A DNA stretch of 64,000 bases from Alphaproteobacteria bacterium (GCA_965262615.1 OZ253545.1:416001-480000); one strand, 5' to 3'; positions 11,292 through 22,841 are shown, numbered from the stretch's first letter. Notes: a model not told the origin generated them from the letters alone. Numbers and translations are program-made.

Positions 11292-12952
11292 TGTATCAGT
11301 ACGACACCTATGACCATGAAGCGGTGCAAGAGCGCGTCGCGCAGTTTCGCAAACAGGTGGCGCGCCGTCTGAACGGCGAGCTCACTGAGGATGAATTCAA
11401 GCCCTTGCGGCTCATGAATGGACTCTATCTGCAGCTGCACGCCTATATGTTGCGGATTGCCATTCCTTATGGAACGCTGTCATCAGACCAGATGCGCCTG
11501 CTGGCACATATCGCCCGCACCTACGACAAGGGATATGGACACTTCACCACGCGCCAGAACATTCAATTTCACTGGATTAAATTAGAAGAAACTCCAGACT
11601 TATTGGAGGAATTGGCACACGGCGAAATGCATGCCATTCAGACATCGGGCAATTGCGTCCGCAATGTCACGGCGGATCACTTTGCGGGGGCGGCACACGA
11701 TGAAGCCGATGACCCACGCATTTATGCTGAATTATTGCGTCAATGGTCTAGTTTTCATCCGGAGTTTTCCTATTTGCCGCGCAAATTCAAAATTGCCATA
11801 TCGGGCTCGCCGATTGATCGCGCGGCGATCAGTGTGCATGACATCGGCATTCGTCTTTTCCGAGATGAGAACAATCAGCTGCGCATGACTGTCACCGCTG
11901 GCGGCGGTCTGGGCAGAACTCCCTATCTGGGGTCTGTCATGCATGAGGCATTGGAGACGCAGCACCTGTTGTCCTTCATTGAGGCGATTGTGCGCGTGTA
12001 TAATGAATTGGGCAGGCGTGATAATTTGTATAAGGCGCGCATTAAAATTTTGGTGCAGTCGCTTGGCGGCGAGGTGATGCGCGCCAAGGTTCATGAGGAG
12101 TGGCATAAAATCAAAGATGGCGCGTTGGCTGTGCCGCCAGATGAAATTGAACGGATGCGTCAATTTTTTGCGCCGCCGTCATGGCAGCCATGTGACGCAT
12201 CCGCCGATGATGCCCTTGTGCAAGCACAGTGTCATGACAATGCTGATTTTGCTGCGTGGGTGAATCATAATGTGAGTTCTCATAAAATCGCGGGGTATTC
12301 TATTGTCACCATTGCCCTCAAAGGAAGAGGCGAGACCCCTGGAGATGCCTCCGCCGAACAGATGGAGGTGATGGCGAATGCCGCCGATGCCTATTCGTTT
12401 GGTGAATTGCGTATTTCCCATGAGCAAAATGTCATTGTGCCTCATGTGCGAAAGCAGGATTTGTATCCTCTGTGGCAGCAATTGACAAAGGCGCGTTTGG
12501 CTCATGCCAATGGAGGGTTATTGTCGGACATCATTTGTTGTCCGGGCATGGATTACTGTGCCTTGGCAACGGCTCGTTCTATTCCTGTGGCGCGCCGCAT
12601 TGGCGATCGCTTCAAAGATTTGAGCAGGCAGCATGATATTGGTGATTTGCGCATCAAAATATCGGGATGCATCAATGCGTGTGGTCATCATCATGTGGGT
12701 CATATTGGCATTTTGGGTGTGGATCGGCGCGGTGAGGAGTATTATCAGATTACGCTGGGGGGGCATGCGGGATCAGACGCTTCCATTGGTGAGATTATCG
12801 GTCCCGCCTTTTCCAGCGATGCGGTGGTGGACGCGGTGGAGACCATTGTGAATACTTATTTGCGTGTGCGGCGTTCCGATGAGTCTTTTTTGCACACATG
12901 GCGGCGTGTGGGCAAACAGCCCTTTAAGGAGAGTCTCTATGCGGCTTCTTGA
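11291..12952 (+). CDS. cysI: Sulfite/nitrite reductase hemoprotein (siroheme, 4Fe-4S)
   Basis: MYQYD start, RLMNGLYLQLHAYMLR, HFTTRQNIQ, TSGNCVRN, CPGMDYCALA and SGCINACG cluster ligands. Confidence 0.93.
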   Translation: MYQYDTYDHEAVQERVAQFRKQVARRLNGELTEDEFKPLRLMNGLYLQLHAYMLRIAIPYGTLSSDQMRLLAHIARTYDKGYGHFTTRQNIQFHWIKLEETPDLLEELAHGEMHAIQTSGNCVRNVTADHFAGAAHDEADDPRIYAELLRQWSSFHPEFSYLPRKFKIAISGSPIDRAAISVHDIGIRLFRDENNQLRMTVTAGGGLGRTPYLGSVMHEALETQHLLSFIEAIVRVYNELGRRDNLYKARIKILVQSLGGEVMRAKVHEEWHKIKDGALAVPPDEIERMRQFFAPPSWQPCDASADDALVQAQCHDNADFAAWVNHNVSSHKIAGYSIVTIALKGRGETPGDASAEQMEVMANAADAYSFGELRISHEQNVIVPHVRKQDLYPLWQQLTKARLAHANGGLLSDIICCPGMDYCALATARSIPVARRIGDRFKDLSRQHDIGDLRIKISGCINACGHHHVGHIGILGVDRRGEEYYQITLGGHAGSDASIGEIIGPAFSSDAVVDAVETIVNTYLRVRRSDESFLHTWRRVGKQPFKESLYAAS

Positions 12953-13532
12953 GGATGGACGCATCACGACCGACCGATGGCTGTTCCTTGACGATGAACA
13001 AGAACTGCCCTCTCACCCCGCCATTGTTGTTTCTCTGGCTCGCTGGCAGCAGCAGGCTGATATGTTGCGGCAGTATCAGGGCGAGTTGGCGGTGTGTCTT
13101 GATTGTGCTCAAGGGGAGTCGCCTCGTTCCATTGTTGAGGATTTGCATTGTTTTGCCATGGTGGTGTTGCACATTAAAATTTTCAAAGATGGACGCGCCT
13201 TTTCTGCTGCGCGGCTGCTCAGAGAACGCTATCGCTACCAAAAAGCCATACGATTGCGAGGGGAAGTTTTGCCCGACCAATGGCTGTTTTATCATCGGTG
13301 TGGCGTTAATGTTTTTGAGTGGAATGACCAGTGGCGAGAGGCGGACTGGCGAGATGCTCTTGCGGAATTTTCTCATTCATACCAACCCGCCGCCGATGGC
13401 GCGGCATCCATCATGAGCTTGCGTCAAAGGCGTGCGAGCCAAGCTACCCGTCAAGATTCACTTGCCGCATCCCTTAAGAAAAACATCAGCCGCCGCAAAC
13501 AATGGCAGCAACAAAAAAGAGAAGCTCCATGA
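12939..13532 (+). CDS. DUF934 domain protein
   Basis: [31 protein letters not shown]; usual position after cysI. Confidence 0.85.
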   Translation: MRLLEDGRITTDRWLFLDDEQELPSHPAIVVSLARWQQQADMLRQYQGELAVCLDCAQGESPRSIVEDLHCFAMVVLHIKIFKDGRAFSAARLLRERYRYQKAIRLRGEVLPDQWLFYHRCGVNVFEWNDQWREADWRDALAEFSHSYQPAADGAASIMSLRQRRASQATRQDSLAASLKKNISRRKQWQQQKREAP

Positions 13533-14083
13533 GCGTCATGCCCGACCACTGGATTCGCTCCATGGCACAATCGCAAAAAATGATTGAGCCTTTTGCCGAA
13601 ACTCTCAAAAAGGATGGTGTCATCTCCTACGGGGTGTCTTCATACGGGTATGATGTGCGGGTGGCGGATGAATTTCTCATTTTCACCAATATCAACAGTG
13701 TGCAGGTTGACCCCAAAGAATTTTCGGAAGATTCGTTTGTGCGTCATCAGGGGGATGTGTGTATCATTCCTCCCAATAGTTTTGTGTTGGCGCGCTCTTT
13801 TGAGTATTTTCGTGTTCCGCGAGATATATTGGTTTTGTGTTTAGGAAAATCCACCTATGCTCGCTGTGGGGTGATTGTCAATGTGACGCCTTTGGAGCCT
13901 GAATGGGAGGGTCATGTGACATTGGAGTTTTCCAACACCACGCCGTTGCCGGTGCGGATTTATGCCAATGAGGGGGTGGCGCAGTTTATTTTTCTCAAAG
14001 CGGAGAGTGATTGTGAGACATCCTATAAAGATCGCAGTGGGAAATACATGAAACAGCAAGGCATCACACTGCCGAAATTATGA
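13529..14083 (+). CDS. dcd: dCTP deaminase
   Basis: [34 protein letters not shown]. Confidence 0.96.
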   Translation: MSVMPDHWIRSMAQSQKMIEPFAETLKKDGVISYGVSSYGYDVRVADEFLIFTNINSVQVDPKEFSEDSFVRHQGDVCIIPPNSFVLARSFEYFRVPRDILVLCLGKSTYARCGVIVNVTPLEPEWEGHVTLEFSNTTPLPVRIYANEGVAQFIFLKAESDCETSYKDRSGKYMKQQGITLPKL

Positions 14084-14084
14084 C

Positions 14085-15251
14085 ATGGATGTTGCCCGTC
14101 TTGCTCACCAATTAATCTGCGTTCCCACCATCACACCGGATGATGGCTCGGGCGTTGCGATGATTGCATCACTGTTGCAGCCACTGGGTTTTGAGTGTGA
14201 GATTGTCTCGTTTGGTGATGGTGATTCTTCCATCCCTAATTTGTTTGCGTGTTATCCGTCTCGCGAGGCACTGCGTCATCGTCATTTTGCCTTTGCGGGT
14301 CATAGCGATGTTGTGCCTGCGGGGGAATTGTCGGCGTGGCGGCATCCGCCTTTTGACGGCGTGATTGAAGACGGCGTGTTGCACGGGCGTGGAGCGGTGG
14401 ATATGAAGGGCGGCATCGCTTGTTTTATTGCGGCGGCGGCGCAGTGGCGTGAAGAAATCAAAGAGGGCGGCATCAGCGTGTTGATCACGGGAGACGAAGA
14501 AGGAGACGCGGAGTTTGGCACAAAGGCACTCATGGAATGGCTGCAACAAAAAGACTTATTGCCGGATGTGTGTTTGATTGGTGAGCCCAGTTCAGCCACG
14601 CGAGTGGGAGATCAAATCAGAGTGGGACGCAGAGGCAGCGTACGCTGTCAGTGCATCATTACGGGAACACAGGGTCATAGTGCCTATCCTCATTTAGCAA
14701 AAAACCCGTTGCACTGTGCGGCGGATATGATGGGGCGGTTTTGCCGTCATGACTGGGATGCTAATATCAAGGAAATCATTGGCGATGCGCCCACCATCGT
14801 CACTTTCACCCACTGTCGAGCGGAGGGTGAGGCGAGCAATGTGACACCGTTATCGGCACAGGTGCGATTTAATGTGCGCCATCATCCCGCCCATGATGTG
14901 AATCGGCTCATCACCGCTATGGAGCGATTGCTGGATGAATTGTGTGGCGATGGCTTCACCTACGAACTGACTCATGAGCGGGCATCGGCGGCTTTTGTGT
15001 CTGACAACAAAGCTTGGCATCGCCGTATCGTGAGCATCATTGAGCGGCGCATTGGCATAAGGGCTCAAGAGACAATGGGCGGTGGCACATCCGATGGACG
15101 CTTCATCAGCAAATATTGTCCTGTGGTGGAACTGGGACTCGTCGGCACAACCATGCACAGCACTGAGGAATGCACATCCATCGTGAATTTATCAATTTTA
15201 GTGCAATTATATTACGACATTCTCGCTGATTTTTTCACAAAGAAACAATGA
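14085..15251 (+). CDS. dapE: Succinyl-diaminopimelate desuccinylase
   Basis: FAGHSDVVP, GRGAVDMKGG, GDEE, GRRGS, QGHSAYPH, GGTSDGRF. Confidence 0.92.
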   Translation: MDVARLAHQLICVPTITPDDGSGVAMIASLLQPLGFECEIVSFGDGDSSIPNLFACYPSREALRHRHFAFAGHSDVVPAGELSAWRHPPFDGVIEDGVLHGRGAVDMKGGIACFIAAAAQWREEIKEGGISVLITGDEEGDAEFGTKALMEWLQQKDLLPDVCLIGEPSSATRVGDQIRVGRRGSVRCQCIITGTQGHSAYPHLAKNPLHCAADMMGRFCRHDWDANIKEIIGDAPTIVTFTHCRAEGEASNVTPLSAQVRFNVRHHPAHDVNRLITAMERLLDELCGDGFTYELTHERASAAFVSDNKAWHRRIVSIIERRIGIRAQETMGGGTSDGRFISKYCPVVELGLVGTTMHSTEECTSIVNLSILVQLYYDILADFFTKKQ

Positions 15252-15898
15252 AGGATTTTTATCAGCAATCGGTCGTGAAGCCATTGATGGCATCATTGAC
15301 TCTGCTGCACACGGGCACAGTGAGGAAAGAAGATTTTGGCGCGTCACGGGTGTTATGTGGACGCAGTTTTTTGTTGTTGTTGCCATTGGTGGTGCTGATT
15401 CATTTTTTGTTTTTTGTGGGTTCATATGGATGTCCTCGTGGTTGCGTCATCATGAATGATGACTTGTTTCACGAATCGCTCCTGCTTCGGTTGACTCATT
15501 GGTTATTGTTCATGATGGTGGTGCTGATTTATGGTGTGCGGTATTGGCGATTGTCGGAGTCGGTTATTTTTTCTTATGTGATTGCTCACAATTGGGCGAT
15601 ATTTTTGGCTGAATTGTTGGTTGTGAGTTTAAGCATTGTGATCAACAGTATCAGTGATCGCTGGATGCCCATTGTGGATTCTCCTTTTTACTTTTTATTG
15701 ACGGGCGTTCCGTTGATGGCATTTTTCATGGTGTATCAGTGGGAGGTGGCTCGCCGTGTTTTGGGGGTCTCGGCGTTGGCATCGGCGGCGGTGGTCTTTG
15801 TGGATATTGTGCTGATGAGTTGGGTGGATGCCTTTTCCTTTCCCCTTGCTTTGATGAGCAGTTTTGTGGCGGGATTTTTAACCTTTCTGATTGTGTGA
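15248..15898 (+). CDS. Hypothetical polytopic membrane protein
   Basis: About 5-6 hydrophobic segments; ATGA overlap with dapE. Confidence 0.65.
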   Translation: MKDFYQQSVVKPLMASLTLLHTGTVRKEDFGASRVLCGRSFLLLLPLVVLIHFLFFVGSYGCPRGCVIMNDDLFHESLLLRLTHWLLFMMVVLIYGVRYWRLSESVIFSYVIAHNWAIFLAELLVVSLSIVINSISDRWMPIVDSPFYFLLTGVPLMAFFMVYQWEVARRVLGVSALASAAVVFVDIVLMSWVDAFSFPLALMSSFVAGFLTFLIV

Positions 15899-16630
15899 GT
15901 ATTGAATGGCAGTAAGACACAGTCCTTGAGGGGGTGCGGTTTGTCCTGCTGCGCGGCGATTTTTTTGCGCGAGAATATGAGGCATGGCATCGGCAGGGAG
16001 GTGACCGCGTCCAATATCAATCAATGTTCCCACCATGATGCGCACCTGCCGATATAAAAAAGAGCGCGCCGCGGCATGAATGATGAGACGCGAGCCCTGT
16101 TGATTGACCGTGAGCTCATCAAGAGTGCGAAGCGGTGATGAGGCTTGACAGCCTGTGGCGCGAAAGGAGCTAAAATCATGATGTCCAATGAGTGTGGTGG
16201 CGGCGTTTTGCATGAGGGACATTTGCAATGGAAACGGGACATGCCATAGATAGGCGGCAAGGCGCGCGGGGCGCGCGCGCCGATTGAGGATGGTGTATTC
16301 ATAGTGACGCATGGCGGCATGACGGCGGGCATCAAAAAGGTCACTCACCTGTTCGGCTTTGAGAATGCTCACATCCGAATTGAGATGGGCATTGAGCGCG
16401 AGAGGCAGCTGTCTTTCTTTGTGGGTGCGTGATGAATCAAAATGGGCGACTTGTCCTGAGGCATGAACGCCGCGATCGGTGCGCCCACTGCCGTGAAGGG
16501 TGATGGTTTCTTGTCCGTAGGCGGCAAAGGCTTCTTCTATGACCTGTTGCACCGAACGCTGTCCTGTCTGTCGCTGCCAACCACAAAAATGCGTTCCGTC
16601 ATATTCTATGGTGAGCTTATAGCGTGGCAT
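15878..16630 (-). CDS. truA: tRNA pseudouridine(38-40) synthase
   Basis: IEYDGTHFCGWQRQ, GRTDRGVHA, FLYRQVRIMVG, TAPPQGL. Confidence 0.97.
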   Translation of the reverse strand: MPRYKLTIEYDGTHFCGWQRQTGQRSVQQVIEEAFAAYGQETITLHGSGRTDRGVHASGQVAHFDSSRTHKERQLPLALNAHLNSDVSILKAEQVSDLFDARRHAAMRHYEYTILNRRARPARLAAYLWHVPFPLQMSLMQNAATTLIGHHDFSSFRATGCQASSPLRTLDELTVNQQGSRLIIHAAARSFLYRQVRIMVGTLIDIGRGHLPADAMPHILAQKNRRAAGQTAPPQGLCLTAIQYSHNQKG

Positions 16631-17564
16631 GACATTGTGTGTGTCGCCATCCGCGCATCAATTCGGCAAATTCCATGGTGCGTCCGCCTGCTTTTTTCAC
16701 CAGCAGGGGTGTGATGATGCCGTCTTGACAGACGAAATAGTGCTGGCTGATGTTGAGCTGTCCGATAGTTTCGGAGGGATTACATTGCTTGCCGACGGCT
16801 TTGAGAATGTGAACGCGAGTGGTGTGGTTGTTTTCACTGATGATATCGCACCATGCTCCTTGCGATGAGGCAAAGGCACGAATTTGCCCCAAGATACGCG
16901 CCACTGAGTGAGTGAAAGTGATGTGACGATCCTCCACGGTGAGACGGGGGGCGTAGCAGGCGTGGGTGTCATCTTGGGGCGTGGGTTCAGGGGTTTGATG
17001 GCGAGCCAGCAAAGTCAGATAATCGTGCGTTAATTGCTGTGCCAGCAAGGCAAGCTGGTGGGTGAGGTGCTGTGCATTCCATTGGCGGTCAATGGGAAGT
17101 TCTTTTTGCAGCAGGATGTCCCCTTGATCCAATTGTTTTGTCATTGCCATGAGGGTCACGCCTGTGGTGGCATCATCATGAATGAGGGCGTGTTCAATGG
17201 GAGATGCCCCTCGCCAGCGTGGCAACAATGAGGCGTGCAGATTGACGGCTGCAAAACGCGGCAAAGTAAGAATATTGGCAGGCAGCAGCAATCCGTATGC
17301 CGCCGTCACGATGACATCGGGCTGTGTGGCGCGCAAACTATGAATTGCCTCTTCATCCATGCGGTGCGGGGTGAGGCAGGACAGGTCATGCTGCTGTGCC
17401 CACTGATGCACGGGACTTTTCGTGAGGATGCTCCTGCGTCCCACTTTGGCGGGGGCGCGCGTCACCACTCCCACAACACGATGACCACTCGCCACAACCG
17501 CCTGCAAAGACGGAATGGCAAATGACGGCGTTCCCATAAACAAAATGCGTAATTTTTTGTCCAT
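16617..17564 (-). CDS. fmt: Methionyl-tRNA formyltransferase
   Basis: FMGTPSFA, AAYGLLL, NLHASLLPRWRGASPI. Confidence 0.95.
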   Translation of the reverse strand: MDKKLRILFMGTPSFAIPSLQAVVASGHRVVGVVTRAPAKVGRRSILTKSPVHQWAQQHDLSCLTPHRMDEEAIHSLRATQPDVIVTAAYGLLLPANILTLPRFAAVNLHASLLPRWRGASPIEHALIHDDATTGVTLMAMTKQLDQGDILLQKELPIDRQWNAQHLTHQLALLAQQLTHDYLTLLARHQTPEPTPQDDTHACYAPRLTVEDRHITFTHSVARILGQIRAFASSQGAWCDIISENNHTTRVHILKAVGKQCNPSETIGQLNISQHYFVCQDGIITPLLVKKAGGRTMEFAELMRGWRHTQCHATL

Positions 17565-17595
17565 ATTCCTTTTTTGTTTATGCTATCAAGCAGCT

Positions 17596-18783
17596 ATGAT
17601 TCAAGATGTGCGAAAGATTGATATTGCGGGAACGCGCGTGGTCATGCGGGTGGATTTGAATCTGTCGCGTGATGATGAGGGAAGGCTCATTGAGGGAAAT
17701 CGTCTGTGGCGACTGATTCCTCACCTGCGGCACATGGTGACTGGCGGGGCACAGGTGGTGCTTTTGTCTCATTTGGGTCGTCCTCAAGGGCACACGAATG
17801 AACGAGATTCTTTGCGCGGCGTTGCGGCGATGGTGCAGCGTCATGTGCCTGATGAACAGGTTCATTTTGTGGATGATTGTCTCAGCCAAGACATTGCGCG
17901 TCTGCTTCAAGACGGCGCACGCATCATTTTAGCGGAAAATGTGCGTTTTCATAAAGAGGAAGAAGCCAACGATGATGGCTTTGCTCAAAGATTGGCATCA
18001 TGGGGCGATATTTATGTGAATGATGCCTTTTCCTGCTGTCATCGTTCCCATGCGTCATGTGTGGCGATCACGCGTCACCTGCCGTCCTATGGCGGCGGCT
18101 TGCTGATGGAAGAGTATGAGACACTGCGAACAATCTTGTATGATGCCCCCAGACCCAGTGGCGCACTGATTGGTGGCGCAAAGATTGGCTCTAAGATTGC
18201 GGTGCTTGAGACGCTGGTGCAACGCTTTGATGTGGTGGTTGTGGGGGGGGCGATGGCGCATAATTTTTTGGTGGCGCGCGGGCATGATGTGGGTCGGTCA
18301 TTTTTTGAGCCGTCTCATGTGGAGACGGCGATGGCACTGGAAGAGATGGCGCGTCAGCATGAGGCATCCTTGCTGTTTCCTCTGGATGGCGTGGTGGGAC
18401 GCTCTTTGCATGATGCTGCGCCGCGCAATTTTTCTGTGGATGCCATTCCGTCATGGGGGGTGATGGGGGATGTGGGAACGGGGACGGTGGCGGCGGTGAT
18501 ACGGGCGTTGCCCACGATGAAATCACTGATTTGGAACGGTCCCTTGGGGGCGTTTGAACATGAGGCGTTTTCTCACGGCACACGCCACATCGGCAATGAG
18601 GTGGCACGGCTGACGCAGCACGAGGGCTTGCTCAGTGTGATTGGTGGGGGCGATACACTTTCAGCCTTGTCTCAGAGGTCGCTTGCTGACAAAATGAGCT
18701 ATGCGTCTTTGTCGGGCGGTGCGTTTTTGTCGTGGGTGGCGGGGGAGTCGCTCGCGGGATTGGAAGCCTTGCAGACGCAATAA
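17596..18783 (+). CDS. pgk: Phosphoglycerate kinase
   Basis: RVDLN, SHLGRP, ENVRF, NDAF..HRSHAS, GGAKI, WNGPLG, GGGDT. Confidence 0.95.
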   Translation: MIQDVRKIDIAGTRVVMRVDLNLSRDDEGRLIEGNRLWRLIPHLRHMVTGGAQVVLLSHLGRPQGHTNERDSLRGVAAMVQRHVPDEQVHFVDDCLSQDIARLLQDGARIILAENVRFHKEEEANDDGFAQRLASWGDIYVNDAFSCCHRSHASCVAITRHLPSYGGGLLMEEYETLRTILYDAPRPSGALIGGAKIGSKIAVLETLVQRFDVVVVGGAMAHNFLVARGHDVGRSFFEPSHVETAMALEEMARQHEASLLFPLDGVVGRSLHDAAPRNFSVDAIPSWGVMGDVGTGTVAAVIRALPTMKSLIWNGPLGAFEHEAFSHGTRHIGNEVARLTQHEGLLSVIGGGDTLSALSQRSLADKMSYASLSGGAFLSWVAGESLAGLEALQTQ

Positions 18784-18797
18784 GAGAGGGAGAAATC

Positions 18798-19841
18798 ATG
18801 GCACTGGTATCAATGCGTCAATTACTGGATTGTGCGGCTGAGGATGGGTACGGCTTGCCAGCCTTTAATGTGAATAACATGGAGCAGGTGCAAGCGATCA
18901 TGCGGGCGGCGCATCGGGTGGATGCTCCTGTGATTGTGCAAGCCAGTCGCGGCGCACGCAATTATGCGGGGGACGCGTTTTTGCGCGCTCTGATGGTGGC
19001 GGCGAGTGAGGTGTGGCCTCATATTCCGGTGGCGATGCACTTGGATCATGGCAATGAGCCTGCCACCTGCTTTTCCGCCATGCAAAACGGATTTACATCG
19101 GTGATGATGGACGGCTCTCTCAAGGAGGATGCCAAAACCCCCGCCTCGTTTGATGACAATGTGCGAGTGACTCAAACGGTGACCAAAGTCGCCCATGCTT
19201 TTGGCGTGACGGTGGAAGGTGAATTGGGCTGTTTGGGCTCATTAGAGACGGGGACGGGAGACAAAGAAGACGGACACGGCTTTGAAGGGACGCTGGAGCG
19301 TTCCATGTTGCTCACAGACCCCGATGAGGCGGTGCGCTTTGTGGAGGAGACCCATGTGGATGCGTTGGCGGTGGCGATTGGAACATCGCACGGCGCGTAT
19401 AAATTCAGTCGCGAACCCAGTGGCGATATTTTGGCGATGGATGTCATCAAAGCCATTCATAAAAAAATTCCCAATACTCATTTGGTGATGCACGGCTCGT
19501 CGTCTGTGCCACAGCACTTGCAGGATTTAATTAACGAGGCGGGGGGCGCGATGCCGCAAACCTATGGGGTGCCGGTTGAGGAAATCATTCAAGGAATCAA
19601 ACACGGTGTGCGCAAAATTAACATTGACACCGATTGCCGCATGGCAATTACGGGCACATGGCGGCGCATTGCGCAAGAGAAAAAAGCCGAATTTGATCCA
19701 AGACAATTTTGCATTCCCGCCTATCAGGAGATGGAGAATCTCTGTGCCAGTCGGTATGAGGCGTTTGGTTGTGGGGGACGCGCGTCTGGCATCAAGCCGA
19801 TTGCCTTGGAGGAGATGGCGCATCGCTACAAAAACGGATGA
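18798..19841 (+). CDS. fba: Fructose-bisphosphate aldolase class II
   Basis: [39 protein letters not shown]. Confidence 0.96.
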   Translation: MALVSMRQLLDCAAEDGYGLPAFNVNNMEQVQAIMRAAHRVDAPVIVQASRGARNYAGDAFLRALMVAASEVWPHIPVAMHLDHGNEPATCFSAMQNGFTSVMMDGSLKEDAKTPASFDDNVRVTQTVTKVAHAFGVTVEGELGCLGSLETGTGDKEDGHGFEGTLERSMLLTDPDEAVRFVEETHVDALAVAIGTSHGAYKFSREPSGDILAMDVIKAIHKKIPNTHLVMHGSSSVPQHLQDLINEAGGAMPQTYGVPVEEIIQGIKHGVRKINIDTDCRMAITGTWRRIAQEKKAEFDPRQFCIPAYQEMENLCASRYEAFGCGGRASGIKPIALEEMAHRYKNG

Positions 19842-19848
19842 TGGTCTC

Positions 19849-20490
19849 GTGACGATTGCTCCTTCCATTTTAGCCGCCAACCATGCGGCTTTTGGTGATG
19901 CACTTGCCAGCATTGAACGAGCGGGAGCAGCGTCTGTTCATATTGATATTATGGATGGTCATTTTGTTCCCAACATTTCTTTTGGGGCGCAATTGGTGCA
20001 GGATTTGCGCGCCCTCAGCTCGCTGTTTTTTGATGTCCATTTGATGATTGACCCCTATGAGCCGTATTTAGAGTCTTTTGCTCAGGCGGGTGCGAACGGC
20101 ATCACCGTTCATGCCGAAGCCAGTGGGGATGTGGCACACGCGCTGGCGACAATTCGCTCATGGGGGTTGCGAGCAGGCATTGCCATCAATCCCAAAACGC
20201 CCGTGACTGACCGGTGGAAGGGAATGGTGGATCAAATTATTGTCATGACGGTAGAGCCGGGGTTTGGCGGGCAGAAGATTATTGATGGAACGGTTAAAAA
20301 ATTTCCTCAATTGCGGAAGATCTATGGGGATTCGGTCTCATTGGTGGCGGATGGCGGCGTGACTGTGGACAACGCGATGGGTCTGTGCACGGCGGGGGCG
20401 AATGTTTTGGTGGCGGGGACGGCGTTTTTTGATGCGGAAGATCAAGTGGCGTTTGTGCGGCGGTTGCAAGGAGAGCATCGGCATGGTTGA
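19849..20490 (+). CDS. rpe: Ribulose-phosphate 3-epimerase
   Basis: IAPSIL, HIDIMDGHFVPN, DVHLMI, MTVEPGFGGQ, ADGG; GTG start is an estimate. Confidence 0.93.
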   Translation: MTIAPSILAANHAAFGDALASIERAGAASVHIDIMDGHFVPNISFGAQLVQDLRALSSLFFDVHLMIDPYEPYLESFAQAGANGITVHAEASGDVAHALATIRSWGLRAGIAINPKTPVTDRWKGMVDQIIVMTVEPGFGGQKIIDGTVKKFPQLRKIYGDSVSLVADGGVTVDNAMGLCTAGANVLVAGTAFFDAEDQVAFVRRLQGEHRHG

Positions 20491-21826
20491 TTGTCTCATT
20501 AAGAATGTGACGCTGGTGACCCCCGATGCCATAGAGGAAGAGAGCTCCATTGCCATTGATAACGGACTGATTGTTGCGTTGGGAGACTATCCTTCCGCAC
20601 AACAGACGGTGGATGGCGGGGGGCTGCTGGCGATGGCGGGCATTGTGGATAGCCATGTGCACTGTCGCGAGCCGGGGGATTTTTATAAGGAGGATTTCAA
20701 GAGTTTTTCCAAGGCGGCATTGTTGGGCGGCATTACTTCTGTTTTGGATATGCCCAATAGCCAGCCGCCTGTGACATCGGCATCTGTGTTGAAGAAAAAG
20801 AAGGCGGCGGCGCGGGCGTCATTTTTTTGTGATTACGGCTTTTATGTGGGGGCGAGCGAGGCGAATTGTCATGATTTGGCACAGCTGGAAAAGATGGATG
20901 GCTGTGGCGGCATTAAATTGTTCATGGGCAGTTCCACGGGGGATTTGTTGGTGGAGGATGATGAGACCATTGGGATTATTTTGGCGCACGGCGAGGGCAT
21001 TGTGGCGTTTCATGCGGAGGATGAGGCGCGCATTCGGAATCGTCTCAAGCACCGTCTGAACGGTGAGCCGCGCAGTCATAGTGTGTGGCGAGATGAGAAG
21101 GCGGCGGCGTTGGCGTGTCGGCGGCTCATGGCATTGGCTCGCCGTCACGCGCCAAAGCGTCCGCTTCATGTATTGCATGTGTCAACTCAAGGTGAAGTGC
21201 GCGCCATCAGGCAAGGACAGCAGGCGGGCGTTAATGTGACCATGGAGGCGACACCTCATCATCTCATTCTAAGCGAGGACGATTATGACAATTTGCAAGG
21301 GCGCGCGGTGGTCAATCCGCCTTTGCGGGCGCGCCGCCACAGGGATTTTTTGCGTGAAGCGGCTCAGAAAGGATGGATTGACACCATCGGTTCAGACCAT
21401 GCCCCTCATTCATTGGTGGAAAAAGATGGCACATATCCCAATGTTCCTTCGGGCGTTCCCACCGCAGGATTGCTGCTGCCACTGATGATGCAGATGCATA
21501 GGGAAGGGATTTTTTCTTTGAATCGGTTGACATCATTGATGGCGGCAAATCCAGCGATGCGCTACCGCTTGTCGGGCAAGGGTCTGCTGCGGGTGGGGTA
21601 TGATGCCGATATTGTGCTGGTGGATGCCAAACAGACGCGCCGCATTGATGGCAGTGATTTTGCCATCAAGCCGTTTTTGGGCAAAAGCCAATGGTCTCCC
21701 TATGAAGGCAGGGAACTGACGGGATGGCCCCGCATGACATTCCTGCGCGGCAAAAAAATGACAGAAGACGGCGGCTATTGTCACGAATTTGCGTGTGGCG
21801 CGCCGCTGTGCTTTGATGTGGATTGA
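20483..21826 (+). CDS. pyrC: Dihydroorotase
   Basis: DSHVHCREPG, KLFMGSS, HAED, GSDHAPH. Confidence 0.9.
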   Translation: MVDCLIKNVTLVTPDAIEEESSIAIDNGLIVALGDYPSAQQTVDGGGLLAMAGIVDSHVHCREPGDFYKEDFKSFSKAALLGGITSVLDMPNSQPPVTSASVLKKKKAAARASFFCDYGFYVGASEANCHDLAQLEKMDGCGGIKLFMGSSTGDLLVEDDETIGIILAHGEGIVAFHAEDEARIRNRLKHRLNGEPRSHSVWRDEKAAALACRRLMALARRHAPKRPLHVLHVSTQGEVRAIRQGQQAGVNVTMEATPHHLILSEDDYDNLQGRAVVNPPLRARRHRDFLREAAQKGWIDTIGSDHAPHSLVEKDGTYPNVPSGVPTAGLLLPLMMQMHREGIFSLNRLTSLMAANPAMRYRLSGKGLLRVGYDADIVLVDAKQTRRIDGSDFAIKPFLGKSQWSPYEGRELTGWPRMTFLRGKKMTEDGGYCHEFACGAPLCFDVD

Positions 21827-22191
21827 GCCGTCAGCGTGACTCCCTGTTCGGCGGCTTCTTCAAGGGTGAGTTTTTGCAGCAGGGGGAGTTCTTTTTGAAT
21901 GGCGCGCCAGAGCCATAGGGCGATGTTTTCGGTGGTGGGATTTTCCAATTGGGGAATGTCATTGAGGTAGCGGTGGTCACACCGAGCAATGATGGGATGG
22001 ATGATGGAATCCAATTGGGCAAAATCCATGAGCCACCCCTTGTCTGGGTCCAGTGCTCCCGCAAGGGTGATGACGAGGCGAAAATTGTGACCATGCAAAC
22101 GCGAGCAGCAGTGCGTCTCATCCAATTGAGTCAGACGGCGCGCCGCGCAAAAATGATAACAACGATACAAGGTCAAATCGGGTGAGGTCAT
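21781..22191 (-). CDS. queD: 6-carboxy-5,6,7,8-tetrahydropterin synthase
   Basis: CSRLHGHNF, DFAQL, DHRYLND, NPTTENIA; ATGA overlap with queE. Confidence 0.9.
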   Translation of the reverse strand: MTSPDLTLYRCYHFCAARRLTQLDETHCCSRLHGHNFRLVITLAGALDPDKGWLMDFAQLDSIIHPIIARCDHRYLNDIPQLENPTTENIALWLWRAIQKELPLLQKLTLEEAAEQGVTLTAQSTSKHSGAPHANS

Positions 22192-22841
22192 GGGATGTTC
22201 CATAGTTTGTGCAATTGCAAACTCATACGCCAAGAAGGATGGCGGTTGCAATAGGTCATGATGTGAGCCATGTGGCGCAGCTGGCGACCGTCATCATTGG
22301 GCTGAATAAAACAATGACGAAAGTGACCTTGCTTGCGTATTTTTTGGCAATCACGCCACGACCAATGCTCCTGAGGCATGACGATTTTCAGCTCATCGCC
22401 GTGCCGTTGCACCAGACGCGATCCCGCCTTGGGACTGACGGTCAGCCAATCAATATCGGGTGGAACGGGCAGAGTGCCGTTGGTTTCGGTGGCAATAAAG
22501 AATTGTTTTTGGTGAAGGGCATCAATTAGGCAAGAATCCAATTGCAAAAGAGGCTCGCCGCCCGTGCAGACGATAAAAGGCTGAGTGTCATGATGATGCC
22601 GTTGCCACAGAGTCAATGCGGTGTGAGCCAGATCATCGGCATCAAAGATGCCGCCGTTCGTGCCATCAGTGCCCACAAAGTCGGTGTCACAAAAACGACA
22701 GATGGAAGAGGCGCGTGTCTGCTGCGCGCCAGACCATAAATTGCAGCCACTAAAGCGACAAAACACCGCGGCGCGTCCAGCATGAAAGCCCTCTCCTTGA
22801 CGCGTGACAAACAGCTCTTTGATTTTATAGCGGCGCGTCAT
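22188..22841 (-). CDS. queE: 7-carboxy-7-deazaguanine synthase (radical SAM, Cx14CxxC type)
   Basis: QGEG, CNLWSGAQQTRASSICRFCDT (Cx14CxxC), TGGEPLLQ, ETNGT, SLQLHK. Confidence 0.95.
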   Translation of the reverse strand: MTRRYKIKELFVTRQGEGFHAGRAAVFCRFSGCNLWSGAQQTRASSICRFCDTDFVGTDGTNGGIFDADDLAHTALTLWQRHHHDTQPFIVCTGGEPLLQLDSCLIDALHQKQFFIATETNGTLPVPPDIDWLTVSPKAGSRLVQRHGDELKIVMPQEHWSWRDCQKIRKQGHFRHCFIQPNDDGRQLRHMAHIMTYCNRHPSWRMSLQLHKLWNIP

